Source: Candidatus Eiseniibacteriota bacterium (GTDB lineage: Bacteria > Eisenbacteria > RBG-16-71-46 > JABDJR01). From it: 64,000 nt of DNA. The translations under genes were made by a program, and so were the position numbers. Positions 13,060-22,728 of the stretch are shown here, in pieces. The stretch spans positions 1,504,001 to 1,568,000 of the forward strand of contig CAVXKA010000001.1 of assembly GCA_963762255.1 (NCBI GenBank), written 5' to 3'. The notes beneath the pieces were generated by a model. That model was not told the DNA's origin. It searched no databases and worked only from the letters and a program-made list of their open reading frames with translations. Numbering within the stretch: position 1 is the first letter of the stretch; each line of letters opens with the position of its first letter.

Positions 13060-15462
13060 ATGAAGACGCAGGGGCGGCGCACTATTCCACAGTTGTTCCT
13101 TTCGGATAGTGCTCGGAGATGTCTCAAGAGACTGGCAATCGAGCGCGTCGTTGACCTAGCGCGCGTGACGCCCACGGAGATTTTGGGAGCCTGTGAAGAG
13201 AATCATGACACGCTCCAGGAAATCACGCAGCTCGCTTGGGAGATGGGCTCCCCGGTCGCAAGTCAACTAACGATTGACTTTGCCGGCACGCGCATTCATG
13301 AAGCTGATACTTCCGCCAACGTCCACCACCAGCATTCTGCGGATGTGGTCCCTCGTGTCCTTCTCTTGGGTGTTACGGACTTTCATCTTTCGGTACGTGC
13401 TCGAAATGGGCTAAAGAGGCTGAACATCGAGTTTGTAGGAGACCTTGTGACGACGCCAAGGTCGATCCTGCTGCGAACGCGTAACCTGGGCCGAAAGACA
13501 CTCGGCGAGCTCGAGCATCTCGCGGCTGGACTAGGCATGGTGCTGGGTATGCAGATTCCCTCCTGGGAGACGATCGACGCTTGTCGTGAGGCGACGCGAC
13601 ACCGTGCTGCCTTGGATGGATTGCGGGAGCGTCTGAAGCGCGGGGTCCGCGCCGAGGTCGTTCCTGTTGCTGAGTCGGCGAGTGCAGCCGCAGCGCCGAT
13701 GCAGAGCCATTGGAGATCCGAAGAACTCGCACTAATCATGCTCATGCGAGTGGCTGATTTCGGGCTCTCAGCACGCGCGAAGAGCGGCCTGGAGAAGTTG
13801 CACATCGAGTTTCTGGGTGACTTGGTCACGACGAAGGAGAGGAAGTTTCGAACGACGCGCAACTTTGGTCAGAAGACCCTGGAGGAGCTGCGCAATCTCG
13901 TGGGGTCGTTCGGGCTTGTTCTCGGATCCGATATGTCGGGATGGCTAGGCGTAGCAGCGCATGAGGCTGAAAAGCGGCACAAGGAGGAGATAGATAGGCT
14001 GTGGAGACGAGTTGCGCAGGAGCGCTTCTCTATTGATTCAACTTGCGGGGTAGAGCAAGAGATCGAATCGGCGCTGCACTTGGCACTACGTGCTGACCGT
14101 GTCAGGAGAGTCAGCGCATGGATGGGTCTCGGACGAGACGTGTGTCCAACGTTGGAGGAGGTTGGTTCGGAGTGCGGGGTTACGCGTGAGCGAATCCGGC
14201 AGATCGTGATGGCTGGAAGCACGAGGGTGCGTACAGTGCGGCTGGAAATGCCCAGGCTGCGCGGGGCACTTAGGGGACTTGAGGGAGCTGGATTGTTGTC
14301 AATCAGGAGCGCTGAGGCGTTTCTCAAGGAAGAGGGGTACACGACGGGGAACATCTCAATGGCGTGCCTGCTTCGGACTGCGAGGTTCTTCGGCATTCAG
14401 ACGCAACTGAGGATGATCAAGGGAGGTGGGCAAGAGTTCGTTGGCACGCCGAGAGCAAGAATGGTCCTCTTGCCAATCCGTCGTGAAACGCGACGGGCGG
14501 TCAGAAGGTGGGGATGCGCAACACTGGAGGATGTGGCGGCACAAGCGAGTCGGGAAGCTGCTCGTGCGATCTCAGCGGATCTGGTCGGGGACGTCGCGAA
14601 GACCTTCGGTGATTTCCGATGGCTGGATGAGGAGTCGGGCTGGTTCTGGCTTTCTAAGACGCGTCAGAATCGCCTGCTTTCTAGGATCGACAAGATTCTG
14701 GCTGTCGCGCCCCGCGTTGATCTGGCGCAACTCCGGGCCGGTGTTGGGCGGCACTATCGGATGGAGGGCTTTGCTCCACCCCTCCGAGTACTCCGCTCCC
14801 TTTGTGAACAGATGGAGGGCTGTGACGTCATTGATGGACAGATCATCGTTGCCCTGCGCCCACGAAGACTGGACATGGTACTCAGCGGCACCGAAAGAGT
14901 CCTCGTTACTGTAATGCGTGACCACGGGCCAGTCGTGTCATATGCGGAGATCGTGCGCCGATGTGTCGCCGCCGGCCTCAATCCGACAACGACGAGTGTT
15001 CATCTGGGTAACTCACCGGTCGTCCGTCGCCTCGCTCCTGGAGCGTATTCGCTGATTGGACAATCAGTGCTTCCCGGAGAGGTGGCTAGAGTGATCGCAG
15101 GCGCAACACATGGGAAACGGGTCATTCAGGATTCAGGCTGGGCTCGTGACGGGAGTGCATTCTGGGTGACATACAAGATCTCCGAGAGCGTTCTCCGGAG
15201 CGGTGTTGTGAGTGTTCCGGCCGGACTTGCGAAGCTCATGACGCCTCAGGGGTACGACTTGATCGGAGTTGATGGTGGGCATGTCGGACGCATCAGGGTT
15301 GCGGGGTCAAGCATATGGGGGTTCCTACCCGTCTTCCGAAGGCGTGGGGGAGATGCGGGGGACTATGTGCGTGTGACCTTTCGAAATAGCAGTGCTACGG
15401 CCAAGTTCGAATTCAGCGACATTCCATTCGAGGATGCGTACGTGACCCGGACCCTGTCCTGA
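13060..15462 (+). CDS. Multi-domain protein: three RNA polymerase alpha-CTD-like repeats, a sigma70 region 4 HTH and an uncharacterised C-terminal region
   Basis: Repeats LSDSARRCLKRLAI, LSVRARNGLKRLNIEFVGDLV..NLGRKTLGEL and LSARAKSGLEKLHIEFLGDLV..NFGQKTLEEL. Sigma4 motif TLEEVGSECGVTRERIRQI. Confidence 0.8.
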   Translation: MKTQGRRTIPQLFLSDSARRCLKRLAIERVVDLARVTPTEILGACEENHDTLQEITQLAWEMGSPVASQLTIDFAGTRIHEADTSANVHHQHSADVVPRVLLLGVTDFHLSVRARNGLKRLNIEFVGDLVTTPRSILLRTRNLGRKTLGELEHLAAGLGMVLGMQIPSWETIDACREATRHRAALDGLRERLKRGVRAEVVPVAESASAAAAPMQSHWRSEELALIMLMRVADFGLSARAKSGLEKLHIEFLGDLVTTKERKFRTTRNFGQKTLEELRNLVGSFGLVLGSDMSGWLGVAAHEAEKRHKEEIDRLWRRVAQERFSIDSTCGVEQEIESALHLALRADRVRRVSAWMGLGRDVCPTLEEVGSECGVTRERIRQIVMAGSTRVRTVRLEMPRLRGALRGLEGAGLLSIRSAEAFLKEEGYTTGNISMACLLRTARFFGIQTQLRMIKGGGQEFVGTPRARMVLLPIRRETRRAVRRWGCATLEDVAAQASREAARAISADLVGDVAKTFGDFRWLDEESGWFWLSKTRQNRLLSRIDKILAVAPRVDLAQLRAGVGRHYRMEGFAPPLRVLRSLCEQMEGCDVIDGQIIVALRPRRLDMVLSGTERVLVTVMRDHGPVVSYAEIVRRCVAAGLNPTTTSVHLGNSPVVRRLAPGAYSLIGQSVLPGEVARVIAGATHGKRVIQDSGWARDGSAFWVTYKISESVLRSGVVSVPAGLAKLMTPQGYDLIGVDGGHVGRIRVAGSSIWGFLPVFRRRGGDAGDYVRVTFRNSSATAKFEFSDIPFEDAYVTRTLS

Positions 15463-15783
15463 CCGGATGTGGCGGCGGCCATCCCCCGCACCATCACCTG
15501 CTGCACCGCGAACACGATCCCCAGGAGCGTTCCGCCGGCATCATCCCGGTGTAAGTCGCTCCGAAGTCGCCAACCACATGCTCGCAGGACCAAGTCTCCT
15601 CGCGATGGCGCTTATTCGGTGTCTAGAAGATGGACGACTTCAGGAGCGCTGCCCGCGAGTCGGAGAACCCCAGCACCAACGCAAGCTCCGTCCACATGCC
15701 GAGGAGCAAGACCCGGCTCTTGCTCGATTGATTGAAGATCTGAAGGAGGTCGTTCAGCGCTCCGCCGATGGCAACGATGGTCC

Positions 15784-15817
15784 AAAAGAAAGGGAGGGGC
15801 CTCTCGGGCCCCTCCCT
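15784..15817 (-). terminator. Intrinsic terminator
   Basis: Minus strand hairpin AGGGAGGGGCC-CGAGA-GGCCCCTCCCT followed by TTCTTTT, downstream of the 16377-15868 gene. Confidence 0.75.
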
Positions 15818-15867
15818 CGCGTAGCACCCCCCAGGGATATCGATACGCTCTGAAGCGAAACTGCGAG

Positions 15868-16377
15868 TTACTGGACGACGATCGCGCCGCGATCGACGAG
15901 ATCGATGCCGGTCACCTTCCAGATCTGGAAGGGGCCTTTGTCGCCGCCGCGAGCCACGATCTGGTCGCCGTCACCGACGAGGCGCAGATTGCCGGCGATG
16001 ACCGCAACCTGATAATTGAGTACCTTTCCGTCGAGGTCCTTCACCTCGAACGAAGCGCCGCGCACGGCGCGCACTTCCTGGCTGAACTCGCTCACGAGCT
16101 GCCCGCCCGAGATCGTGTCCTTGCGCCGGTCGATGAGGATCAGAGTCTGTGCGTCGTCGAGGTTCCCGGCGCCGGAAGCGATCGTGTAATTGGTGCCGTC
16201 GAACGAGAACGCCGTGCTGCGGGTCTGAGTCGTCGCGCCGCTGGCGCCGGCAAGGCCGTCGATCGCCGTGACGCGGACGACCGCCACCTTCCCGTCGGGG
16301 ATCGCCGCCGCGGAGGCGGTTGTAGCGATACCCGCAGCCAAGATGAGAGTCAGAAGGACAAAGCTTGCAGATTTCAT
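15868..16377 (-). CDS. Hypothetical secreted protein
   Basis: ATG 16377 after GGAGGTGGAG. Signal peptide MKSASFVLLTLILAAGIATTASA. Host-like codon usage. Confidence 0.7.
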   Translation of the reverse strand: MKSASFVLLTLILAAGIATTASAAAIPDGKVAVVRVTAIDGLAGASGATTQTRSTAFSFDGTNYTIASGAGNLDDAQTLILIDRRKDTISGGQLVSEFSQEVRAVRGASFEVKDLDGKVLNYQVAVIAGNLRLVGDGDQIVARGGDKGPFQIWKVTGIDLVDRGAIVVQ

Positions 16378-16637
16378 GGTGTGCTCCACCTCCGATTGGG
16401 TAGTCCGAAGGGTTCGGCCATCAGTATAGCACTCTAACTCGTTGTCGTTCAATGGGTTAATTTGCCCATCCATTCAAGTGTCGGTCGATCAACAGGTTGC
16501 GTGCGATTTGCATGACGCGCCGGCTCATCGGTGGGGGATATCGCCCGGGACAGTTGTGCGGGATCGTCGCCATGGGTACTCTCGGCGCCGGACTCCCGGC
16601 CGCACATCTCACCATCGCCCCTCAGCGAGAGACAACC

Positions 16638-19600
16638 ATGACGCGTTCCATTCGCCTCGCTCTTCTTGCTGCGCTCGTATGCGTGCTCGCGCCCGTCTCG
16701 GCGAGCGCCACCTCTCCTGTCGGTTATTACCGCCAGCCGTGGTTGCATGGCAACACGCTCGTCTTCATCGCCGAGGGGGATATATGGAAGGTGCCCGACA
16801 CGGGCGGCACCGCCACGCGGCTTACCAGTCACGCCGGCAACGAGGCAACTCCCGCAATCTCTCCCGACGGCAAGACGCTCGCGTTCGTCGCGTCCTACGA
16901 GGGCCCCACCGAGGTCTATACGATGCCGCTCGCGGGCGGGCTGCCCACCCGCCGCACCTATGGAAGCGGGAACAACATCGCCGTTGTCGGCTGGACCCCC
17001 GACGGTCGGGTGCTGGTGACGACCGACGTGTACTCCACGATTCCCAATCGTCAACTGGTCGCGCTGGACGTCTCGCGCGCGGACGCCGCCGGGCTTCCGA
17101 CGCGCCTCCCGCTCTTCCAGGCCGCCGACGGCGACTACACCCCCGACGGCAAGACGCTCTTCTTCACGCGGTTCGCCTTCCAGGGGAGCCATACCAAGCG
17201 ATACAAGGGAGGCACCGCGCAGAACATCTGGAAGTTCGCCGACGGCGACGACGAGGCGACCTGCCTCACCGGGGATTACGCGGGCACCAGCCGGCGCCCC
17301 ATGGTGTGGAACGGTCGCGTCTACTTCGTCTCCGACCGCGACGGCTCCATGAACCTCTGGTCGATGCTCCCCGACGGAGGCGATCTCCGGCAGCACACCC
17401 GCCACGAGGGTTGGGATGCGCAGGGCGCGGCGCTCGACGGAGGGCGAATCGTCTACCAGCTCGGCGCGGACATTCATCTCTACGACATCGCCGCCGGCGC
17501 CGACCGGGTCGTGCCGATCGCGCTCGACAGCGACCTCGACCAGATGCGGGAGCACTGGGTCGACAAGCCGATGACCTACCTCACCGCGGCGCACGTCGCA
17601 CCCGACGGCAAGCGCATCGCGCTCACCGCGCGCGGCGAGGTGTTCGTGGCGCCGGTGGAACAGGGCCGCTTCGTGCAAGTGACCCGCAAGGAAGGCGTGC
17701 GCTACCGCAACGCCCGCTTCATGCCCGACGGCAAGACGCTGCTCGCTCTCTCCGACGAGTCGGGGGAAGTCGAACTCTGGAAGCTGCCCGCGAACGGCGT
17801 GGGGCAAGGCGAGCGGCTCACCACCGACGCGGGGATCCTGCGCTGGGACGGCATTCCATCGCCGGACGGCAAGCGCGTGGCGCACTGGGACAAGAAGCAA
17901 CGGCTCTTCCTGTTCGACCTTGCCACGAAGCGCAACGTTCTGATCGAGGCGAGTGAGGTCGATCAGATTTCCGACGTCACCTGGTCGCCGGACAGCCGAT
18001 GGGTCGCCTACGTCGCGCGTGCGGAGAACTCGTTCCGCCGCATCAAGGTCTACAGCGTCGCCGACGGTTCGGTCACGCCCGTCACCAGCGATCGCTTCGA
18101 TAGCTACAGCCCGGCGTGGAGCGTGGACGGCAAGTGGCTCTACTTCATCTCCGACCGGAACCTGGTCTCCATCGTGCACGGCGTGTGGGGGAGCTATCAG
18201 CCCGAGCCGTACCTGGACAAGACGAGCCAGATCTTCGAGCTGGCGCTCGTGAAAGGGGCGCGCTCGCCGTTCGCCCCCGACGATGAGCTGCAAGCGGCGG
18301 AGACGGACGACGGCGGCGAGAAGGACGCGAAGGACGACAAGGACGCGAAGGACGAGAAGAAGGACGAGGAGGCCTCGGAGGGGCCCGCCGAGGTGCGCAT
18401 CGACAAGGAGGGCATCCAGGAGCGGTTGGCCCTCACCCCGATCCCGCCCGGCAACTATGGCTCGCTGGTCGCCGTCGACAAGGCGCTGTTCTGGCTCTCG
18501 ACCCAGACCGGCGCCGCCAAGGCGGATCTCGCCGGCGCCGAGATCACGAACCAGGATCTCGAGGTGAAGACGGTGGTGGAGGGGGTCACGAGCTACGAAG
18601 CCACCGCCGATGGCAAGAAGCTCCTCGTGCGCAAGGGCGAGACGTTCCACGTGATCGACGCGTCTCCCAAGGAGGCGGAGCTGGAGAAGAACGACGTCGA
18701 TCTGTCCACGTGGGCGCTCTCGGTGATTCCCCGCGAAGAATGGCGGCAGATGTTCACCGAGGCATGGCGGCTCGAGCGCGACTACTTCTACGACCCCGGC
18801 ATGCACGGCGTGGACTGGGATGCGATGCGCAAGAAGTACGAGCCCCTGGTGGATCGCGTCACCAATCGCGCCGAGCTGTCGGATCTGCTCGCGCAGCTCG
18901 TCTCGGAACTCTCCGCGCTTCACATCTTCGTCTACGGGGGTGAATTCCGTTCCGGCCCCGACAAGGCGGAGCCGTCCACCCTGGGTGCGGTGCTGCGCGC
19001 GCGACGCACGGGCCGGCGGCTATCGCGTCGAGCATATCTACCGTTCCGACCCCGACGAGCCCGGCCGCGCCAGCCCGCTCGCACGTCCGGGTGTGAACGT
19101 GGCCGACGGGGACGTGATCACGATGGTGAACGGGGTGCCCACGCTGGACGCCGCCGATATCGGAGTCATGCTTCGCCGGCAGGCGGGGCGGCAGGTGCTC
19201 CTGCGCGTGCAACCGTCGGCGGGCGAGCGCGCGGGACGCGATCGTGGAGCCGATGTCGCTGCGCGAGGAGTCCGAGCTGCGCTACCACGAGTGGGAGTAC
19301 ACGCGACGGCTCGAGGTGGAGCGGTTGAGCCATGGCCGCATCGGCTACGTCCATCTTCGCGCGATGGGGAGCGGGAACTACACCGAGTGGGCCAAGGGGT
19401 TCTACCCCGAGTACACGAACGAAGGGCTCATCGTCGATGTGCGTCGCAACACCGGCGGCAACATCGACAGTTGGGTGCTCTCCCGGCTCATGCGCAAGGC
19501 ATGGATGTTCTGGAGCCAGCCGGTAGGGAAGTCGCCGACCTGGAACATGCAGTGCGCGTTCCGCGGGCACGTGGCGGCGTTGTGCGACGAGAAGACCGCA

Positions 19601-19945
19601 TCGGACGGCGAGGTGTTCGCCGAGGGCATCCGCCGTCTCGGAATCGGCACGCTGATCGGCACGCGCACCTGGGGCGGAGAGATCTGGCTCAGCTCGGACA
19701 ACTTCCTCGTCGACGGCGGCATCGCCACCGCCGCCGAGTACGGCGTGTACGGACCGGAAGGGGAGTGGCTCATCGAGGGCCACGGCGTCGAGCCCGACAT
19801 CGTGGTGGACAACTTGCCGCACGCGACGTTCCGAGGCGAAGACGCGCAGCTCAAGGCGGCGGTGGATCACCTGCTCAAGAAGTTGGCGGACGAGCCGGTG
19901 CCGCCTCCGCCGCAACCCGAGTATCCCGACAAGTCGTTCAAGTAG
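16638..19945 (+). CDS. Tricorn-like S41 protease (beta-propellers, PDZ, S41 core); frameshifts near 19000 and 19240
   Basis: Signal peptide, PD40 repeats (SPDGK), EAWRLERDYFYDP, SELSALH. PDZ segment is in a second frame. GYVHL, DVRRNTGG, ASDGE and GTRTWGG are in a third frame. Confidence 0.88.
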
Positions 19946-19998
19946 GGCGCGCGCGGGGCGCCCTCGCGTCCCGCGCAATTCCCCGCGGAGCGGTCAAC

Positions 19999-20391
19999 AT
20001 GACGGAGGACTTGTTCGTTCTCTACGTTGCGGATCAAAGACGGAGCGCGGCGTTCTACGCGGCCGTGTTGGGCCGCGAGCCGAGGCTGGATGTGCCGGGG
20101 ATGACCGAGTTCGACCTGCCCGGCGGGGGCGCGCTCGGCCTGATGCCCGAAGCCGGGATCAAACGGCTCTTGGGCGCCGCGCTGCCCGATCCCGCGCGCG
20201 CGAACGGCGTGCCGCGGGCGGAGCTGTACCTGCGGGTCGAGAACCCGGAATCGTTCCACGCGCGTGCGCTGCGCGCGGGGGCGCGGGAGCTGAGCCCGCT
20301 GACCGCACGCGATTGGGGGGACGAGGCGGCGTACAGCCTCGACCCGGACGGCCATGTTCTCGCGTTCGCGCGTCCCATCGGACGGCCGTGA
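19999..20391 (+). CDS. VOC/glyoxalase family protein
   Basis: Motifs LYVADQRRSAAFY, ELYLRV and DWG..AY..DPDGHVL. Confidence 0.85.
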   Translation: MTEDLFVLYVADQRRSAAFYAAVLGREPRLDVPGMTEFDLPGGGALGLMPEAGIKRLLGAALPDPARANGVPRAELYLRVENPESFHARALRAGARELSPLTARDWGDEAAYSLDPDGHVLAFARPIGRP

Positions 20392-20445
20392 GGTGTATCC
20401 TCTTATGCATCTGCGATCTCAACTTCTCACTTCGGGAGGGTTGAA

Positions 20446-20709
20446 ATGAGATCAGTCGAGCCGACGGTGTTCCTCGCCGGACCCCCCGCGAGCGGTCTCC
20501 CCTGGTGGGCGCCGATCGCCGTCTCGGTGGTGCTTCTCCTCATCGCGCGGGCGTACGTGCTATGGCACCGCCGGACACGCACTCCCGACGCGCCCGCGGC
20601 GGAATCGGTGGGAGAAGCGCCGGTTCAGGCTCCGCCGGACCCCCTGGAGCCGGAGATTCCCCCCAAGCTTGACCTTGCCCCGTCACAGGTCTACCCTTTG
20701 ACCTCATAA
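20446..20709 (+). CDS. Small single-pass membrane protein
   Basis: GGGAGG RBS, one hydrophobic helix and a Pro-rich tail. Its 3' end overlaps the rib promoter. Confidence 0.5.
   Translation: MRSVEPTVFLAGPPASGLPWWAPIAVSVVLLLIARAYVLWHRRTRTPDAPAAESVGEAPVQAPPDPLEPEIPPKLDLAPSQVYPLTS
20669..20697 (+). promoter_or_regulatory. sigma70-type promoter of the rib operon
   Basis: TTGACC-17 bp-TACCCT just upstream of the FMN aptamer. Confidence 0.6.
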
Positions 20710-20715
20710 ATCCGA

Positions 20716-20837
20716 ACCTTCGGGGCGGGGTGCAAGTCCCCACCGGCGGTGATAGCCCGCGAGCGACGGCGCGCAAGCGCCCAAGCATGATCCCGTGGAA
20801 TCCGGGAGCCGACCGTACAGTCGGGATGAGAGAAGGT
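20716..20837 (+). promoter_or_regulatory. FMN riboswitch (RFN element)
   Basis: CTTCGGGGCGGGGTGCAAGTCCCCACCGGCGGTGATAGCCCGCGAGC...GAGCCGACCGTACAGTCGGGATGAGAGAAG upstream of the rib genes. Confidence 0.96.
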
Positions 20838-20886
20838 ACGGGACGTCCGTAGGCGGCGAGGTCCGCCCTGGATCGTCGTGCGTCTT

Positions 20887-20919
20887 GCCCCGAAGCGAAC
20901 ATGCCTCGGGGTTTTTTTT
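20887..20919 (+). terminator. Riboswitch expression-platform terminator
   Basis: GCCCCGAAGC-loop-GCCTCGGGGT followed by a T run. Confidence 0.85.
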
Positions 20920-20969
20920 GTCGGTCTTGGCGGGTGGCGGGGCCGGGTGACGGCGAGGAGACGACTCTC

Positions 20970-22094
20970 TTGATCAGCATCGAGCGCGCGATGGGCCGGG
21001 CACTGACGCTGGCCCGCCGAGGCATGGGCGTAACTCGACCCAACCCGCCGGTGGGCGCGGTGCTCCTGCGCGACGGCGCGATCGTCGGCGAAGGGCATCA
21101 TGAAGCCGCCGGCAAGGACCACGCCGAGATCGCCGCGATCAAGCAGGCGGGCGATCGCGCGCGCGGGGCGACGCTGCTCGTGACCCTCGCTCCGTGCAAC
21201 CACCATGGACGCACGCCGCCGTGCGCGCCGGAGATCGTCAGGGTTGGTATCGCTCGCGTGTGCTTCGGCGCGCTCGACCCCAACCGCGGATCGGGAGACG
21301 GCATCGAAGTGCTTCGCACGGCGGGGATCGAGGTGATCCAGGGCCCGCGCCGCCGCGAGGCCGAGTACTTGATCGCGGGGTTCGCATCGCTCGTCGAACG
21401 CAAACGCCCCCGCATCGCGCTCAAGGTGGCTGCATCGTTGGATGGTCGGATCGCCGGCGCGAGCGGCGACTCGAAGTGGATCAGCTCCACAATCGCGCGG
21501 GCGTGGGCGCACCGACGCCGTCGCGAGGCCGACGCGATCCTGGTGGGATCGGGCACCGCGCTCAAGGACAACCCGGAGCTGACCACGCGGTCGGTGAAGG
21601 GCCGCTCGCCCGATCGTTTCGTATTGGATTCGAAGCTGCGCACGCCGGCGACCGCGCGCGTGTGGGCACAGGACGGCGCGCGGCGCGTGGCGGTGACGAC
21701 GGAAAGCGCGCCGCCCGAAGCGGCGGGAGCGATGCGCAGCCGCGGGGTCGAAGTGTGGACACTTCCCTCCGACGCGCAGGGGCGGCCCGATCTGCTTGCC
21801 CTCGCCGCGCGGATGGGCGAGGAGGGCTACACGAATCTTCTGGTGGAAGGGGGCGGCACCGTCGCGGGAGCGTTCTTCGCCGCGCAGCTCGTGGACGTGG
21901 CCTGGGTGGTGATGGCGCGGCACCTCCTGCTCGGAGGCGGCGGGCCGGGTTGGACCGAGGGACTTCGCGTGCCCTCGGTGGCGCGCGCGCCGAAGATCGC
22001 GCGCACGGATCTTCGCAAGCTTGGACCCGATTGGCTCATCACCCTTGTGCCGGAAGCGGCGACGTGGTGGGATCCGGAGATCGCGCATGTTTAG
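20970..22094 (+). CDS. ribD: Bifunctional deaminase/reductase RibD
   Basis: Motifs PNPPVGAV, HAE, PCNHHGRTPPC, SLDGRIA and LVEGG. Probable TTG start after GAGGAG. Confidence 0.95.
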   Translation: MISIERAMGRALTLARRGMGVTRPNPPVGAVLLRDGAIVGEGHHEAAGKDHAEIAAIKQAGDRARGATLLVTLAPCNHHGRTPPCAPEIVRVGIARVCFGALDPNRGSGDGIEVLRTAGIEVIQGPRRREAEYLIAGFASLVERKRPRIALKVAASLDGRIAGASGDSKWISSTIARAWAHRRRREADAILVGSGTALKDNPELTTRSVKGRSPDRFVLDSKLRTPATARVWAQDGARRVAVTTESAPPEAAGAMRSRGVEVWTLPSDAQGRPDLLALAARMGEEGYTNLLVEGGGTVAGAFFAAQLVDVAWVVMARHLLLGGGGPGWTEGLRVPSVARAPKIARTDLRKLGPDWLITLVPEAATWWDPEIAHV

Positions 22095-22728
22095 CGGCAT
22101 CATCGAAGCGGTGGGCACGGTCGCGCGGGTGGACCGCCGAGGCGGCGGCGTCGCGCTCGCGCTGCGCGTGCCCGAATCGTTGCGCGGCCTCGCACCGGGC
22201 TCGAGCGTGGCCGTCAACGGCACCTGCCTCACCGTCGTGAAGTCCGACGGCGACACGCTCGCCTTCGACGCAGTGGGCGCCACGATGACGCGCACGCTCC
22301 TCGGGAGCATCGAACCGGGCGCGCGTCTCAACTTGGAGCGAAGCCTCAGGCTCGGCGCTCCCGTGGACGGGCATCTCGTGACCGGCCACGTGGACGGCAT
22401 CGGTACGGTGGAGGCGCGCCGCCCCGGCGACGGCGCGGTCTACTTCGACATTCGCGTGCCCGAAGAGCTGGCGGCGCAAATCGCGGCGCGCGGCTCGATC
22501 GCGGTGGACGGCGTGAGCCTCACCGTGGCCGAGGTGCGCGGGCTCGTGTTCACGGTCTCGATCGTGCCCTACACGATCAAGGAAACCATCCTGGGAGACT
22601 ACCGGCCCGGGCGACGCGTCCATCTGGAGACGGACGTCCTGGCCAAGTACGTCGTGCGGGCGCTGAGCGCGGAGGAGGGCCGCCGAGGCCTCGCCGCGTG
22701 GCTCGCGGAAACGGAGAAGACATCATGA
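22087..22728 (+). CDS. ribE: Riboflavin synthase alpha chain
   Basis: Starts MFSGII; motifs SVAVNGTCLT, GHLVTGHVDG and SIAVDGVSLT. Confidence 0.95.
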   Translation: MFSGIIEAVGTVARVDRRGGGVALALRVPESLRGLAPGSSVAVNGTCLTVVKSDGDTLAFDAVGATMTRTLLGSIEPGARLNLERSLRLGAPVDGHLVTGHVDGIGTVEARRPGDGAVYFDIRVPEELAAQIAARGSIAVDGVSLTVAEVRGLVFTVSIVPYTIKETILGDYRPGRRVHLETDVLAKYVVRALSAEEGRRGLAAWLAETEKTS

